Source: Octopus bimaculoides (taxonomy: Eukaryota). From it: a stretch of 64,000 bases of DNA. The translations under genes and the position numbers were made by a program. The first letter of the stretch is position 1. Every line of letters begins with the position of its first letter. This document shows, in pieces, positions 62,361 to 64,000 of this stretch. Below the pieces are notes generated by a model. That model was not told the origin of the DNA, made no database searches, and saw only the letters and a list, made by a program, of their open reading frames with translations. The stretch is taken from the NCBI RefSeq assembly GCF_001194135.2, contig NC_068984.1, positions 99,519,333 through 99,583,332 on the forward strand, written 5' to 3'.

Positions 62361-64000
62361 ACGGCAGTGGTTGAATATATTCTTAAGTCTACCATTTCGT
62401 CAATCGCAACAGATTCCAAGCTTCACCACTAATTTAGTTCTCAACCAAATTGCAAACTGTTAATAGTTTTAAAGAGGACACCCCCTCCCACACCATTGCT
62501 ACTATGGCATAAATAGTTTGAGATTTGGTTCAGTAGAAAAAAAAAGTTACATCAAAATATCTGTGACCTTAAGGGGGGCAGTAAGGCAGATATTCATCTT
62601 TAATTAACATAAATTTTTTAATTTTAAATCAAAAGTATATGTTTCTTAGGCTTAAATGATAAAAAAATGCATGAGGAATTCAGAATCATTAGTTGTATTG
62701 AACAAAAATTAGTAGAAAAACAGTTATGAAGTAAAATATTATGAAATTTTATGTCAGTAAGTAAGGAAGTAAGGGATTAATGCTTAAGCAATAAGAATAA
62801 AGAATATATTTCTAAAATGAATATTTACATTCTAACGCGGTGAGCTGGCAGAAGTATTAGCATGCTGGGCAAAATGCTTAGCGGTATTTCATCTGTCTTT
62901 ACGTTTTGATTTCAAATTTCACCGAGGTCGACTTTGACGTACAGGTTATTTAATTAATTTTTTTTAACTAAACACTTTCAAACTTCCAATACTGGTAGAT
63001 TGTGCCACATAGAACAGGGTCTACTCTTATCGATTTTGACAAAATTTTGTATTTTAGAAGTTATTTCGTCAGAATTTACAGTGACAATGGACAAATTCGT
63101 GTTTGATAAGTGCCAATACACGAAAAACACGCAGCTTTTGACTTACTCTCTAACTTCTGTCAATGATATATACACATATTACATGTATGTGTAAAAAAAT
63201 CTCCTCACACAATTGAACCACTGAAAGAGCCACTACCTGGCTACTCGACACGCTAAAAATAGCAGCCAAAGTATCCCCCTACCTAAATCACACACCCATT
63301 GTATGTAATGTCCTAGATTATCCCTAAAAAGACAGTTTGCTGAAGGCTGGAATGTCTTTGAGGATTGATTTGCAGTATCAGGGTTGATTTGAGGCTAAAT
63401 AACATCATGGTAAATATCTATATTAACACCCGAACGATTTTCACTAAATGAAAAAACAAAAAATTTGATTTTTTGCGTGGAATCAAGTACCCTGACCTCC
63501 TAATATGCTGTAAATCCCTTATTTTGGTTCGGAAAAATGAGATGGGGATTTCCCCCACCAATCCTGGAATCATTGGAAATTTTTTTTTCATTGAATGAAT
63601 TCCTATGACCTCCTAATATTGCAAAATTGGGTTACTTAAGGTGAGCCTGGTAACTGATGGTTTTAGGGTCTTGTTGTTTGTAACTTTTGGTGAGCCTTGG
63701 TTTAACCAACAACATGGTAAAAATCCTTGCCATTAATTTGGTGTTGATGGGTAATATCAAATAATTCAATCACAACATATATTTAAATTAAATATGAAAT
63801 AAATTGAAATATTATCATCACTTACATCCAAAAACTGAAATATTATCTTTCAGTATTTTATAAGGTAAAATCTTAAATTATTAATTGACACATTATTAAT
63901 TATCTTATAACAGTAATACCTGGAAAAATCATGGATTACATGAAAAAATGCGAGCATGAAAAGTCATATTCTTAAGATTATAAACCTGGAAAAGTACAGG

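Noticed and set aside
62560-63660. Possible DNA-transposon ends (TTAA|GGGGGGCAGT and others)
   Set aside because: Could not pair TIRs or find coding remnants; left unannotated apart from a partial SINE C at 62836-62940

Overview
AT-rich, microsatellite-dense eukaryotic DNA with six assembly gaps. The repeat make-up (three tRNA-derived SINE families, RTE, R4/Dong-type and CR1 LINEs, Penelope, Tc1/mariner, Helitron, MITEs) suggests a coleoid cephalopod such as Octopus; that is inference, not a database result. The only host coding sequence I can support is one 143-nt exon (1845-1987, +) encoding the start of the N-terminal cNMP-binding domain of Epac/RAPGEF4. I found no next exon, so the remaining ~62 kb is most likely one very large, TE-filled intron. 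Most ORF-track entries are microsatellite, gap or antisense artefacts, or TE remnants. Best observations: (1) a near-complete type I hammerhead ribozyme fold at 39973-40059 on the gene's sense strand, one substitution from the consensus core, with a long extended stem I, plus two more hammerhead relics, one inside a Penelope element; (2) a (TAA)n-associated cluster of R4/Dong fragments containing a structured ~460-bp element with no tRNA head; (3) a candidate 36-nt poison exon; (4) a full-length IR/DR Tc1; (5) inverted TE pairs that could form dsRNA in the pre-mRNA. No novel protein-coding system is evident. SINE family labels A/B/C are my own.
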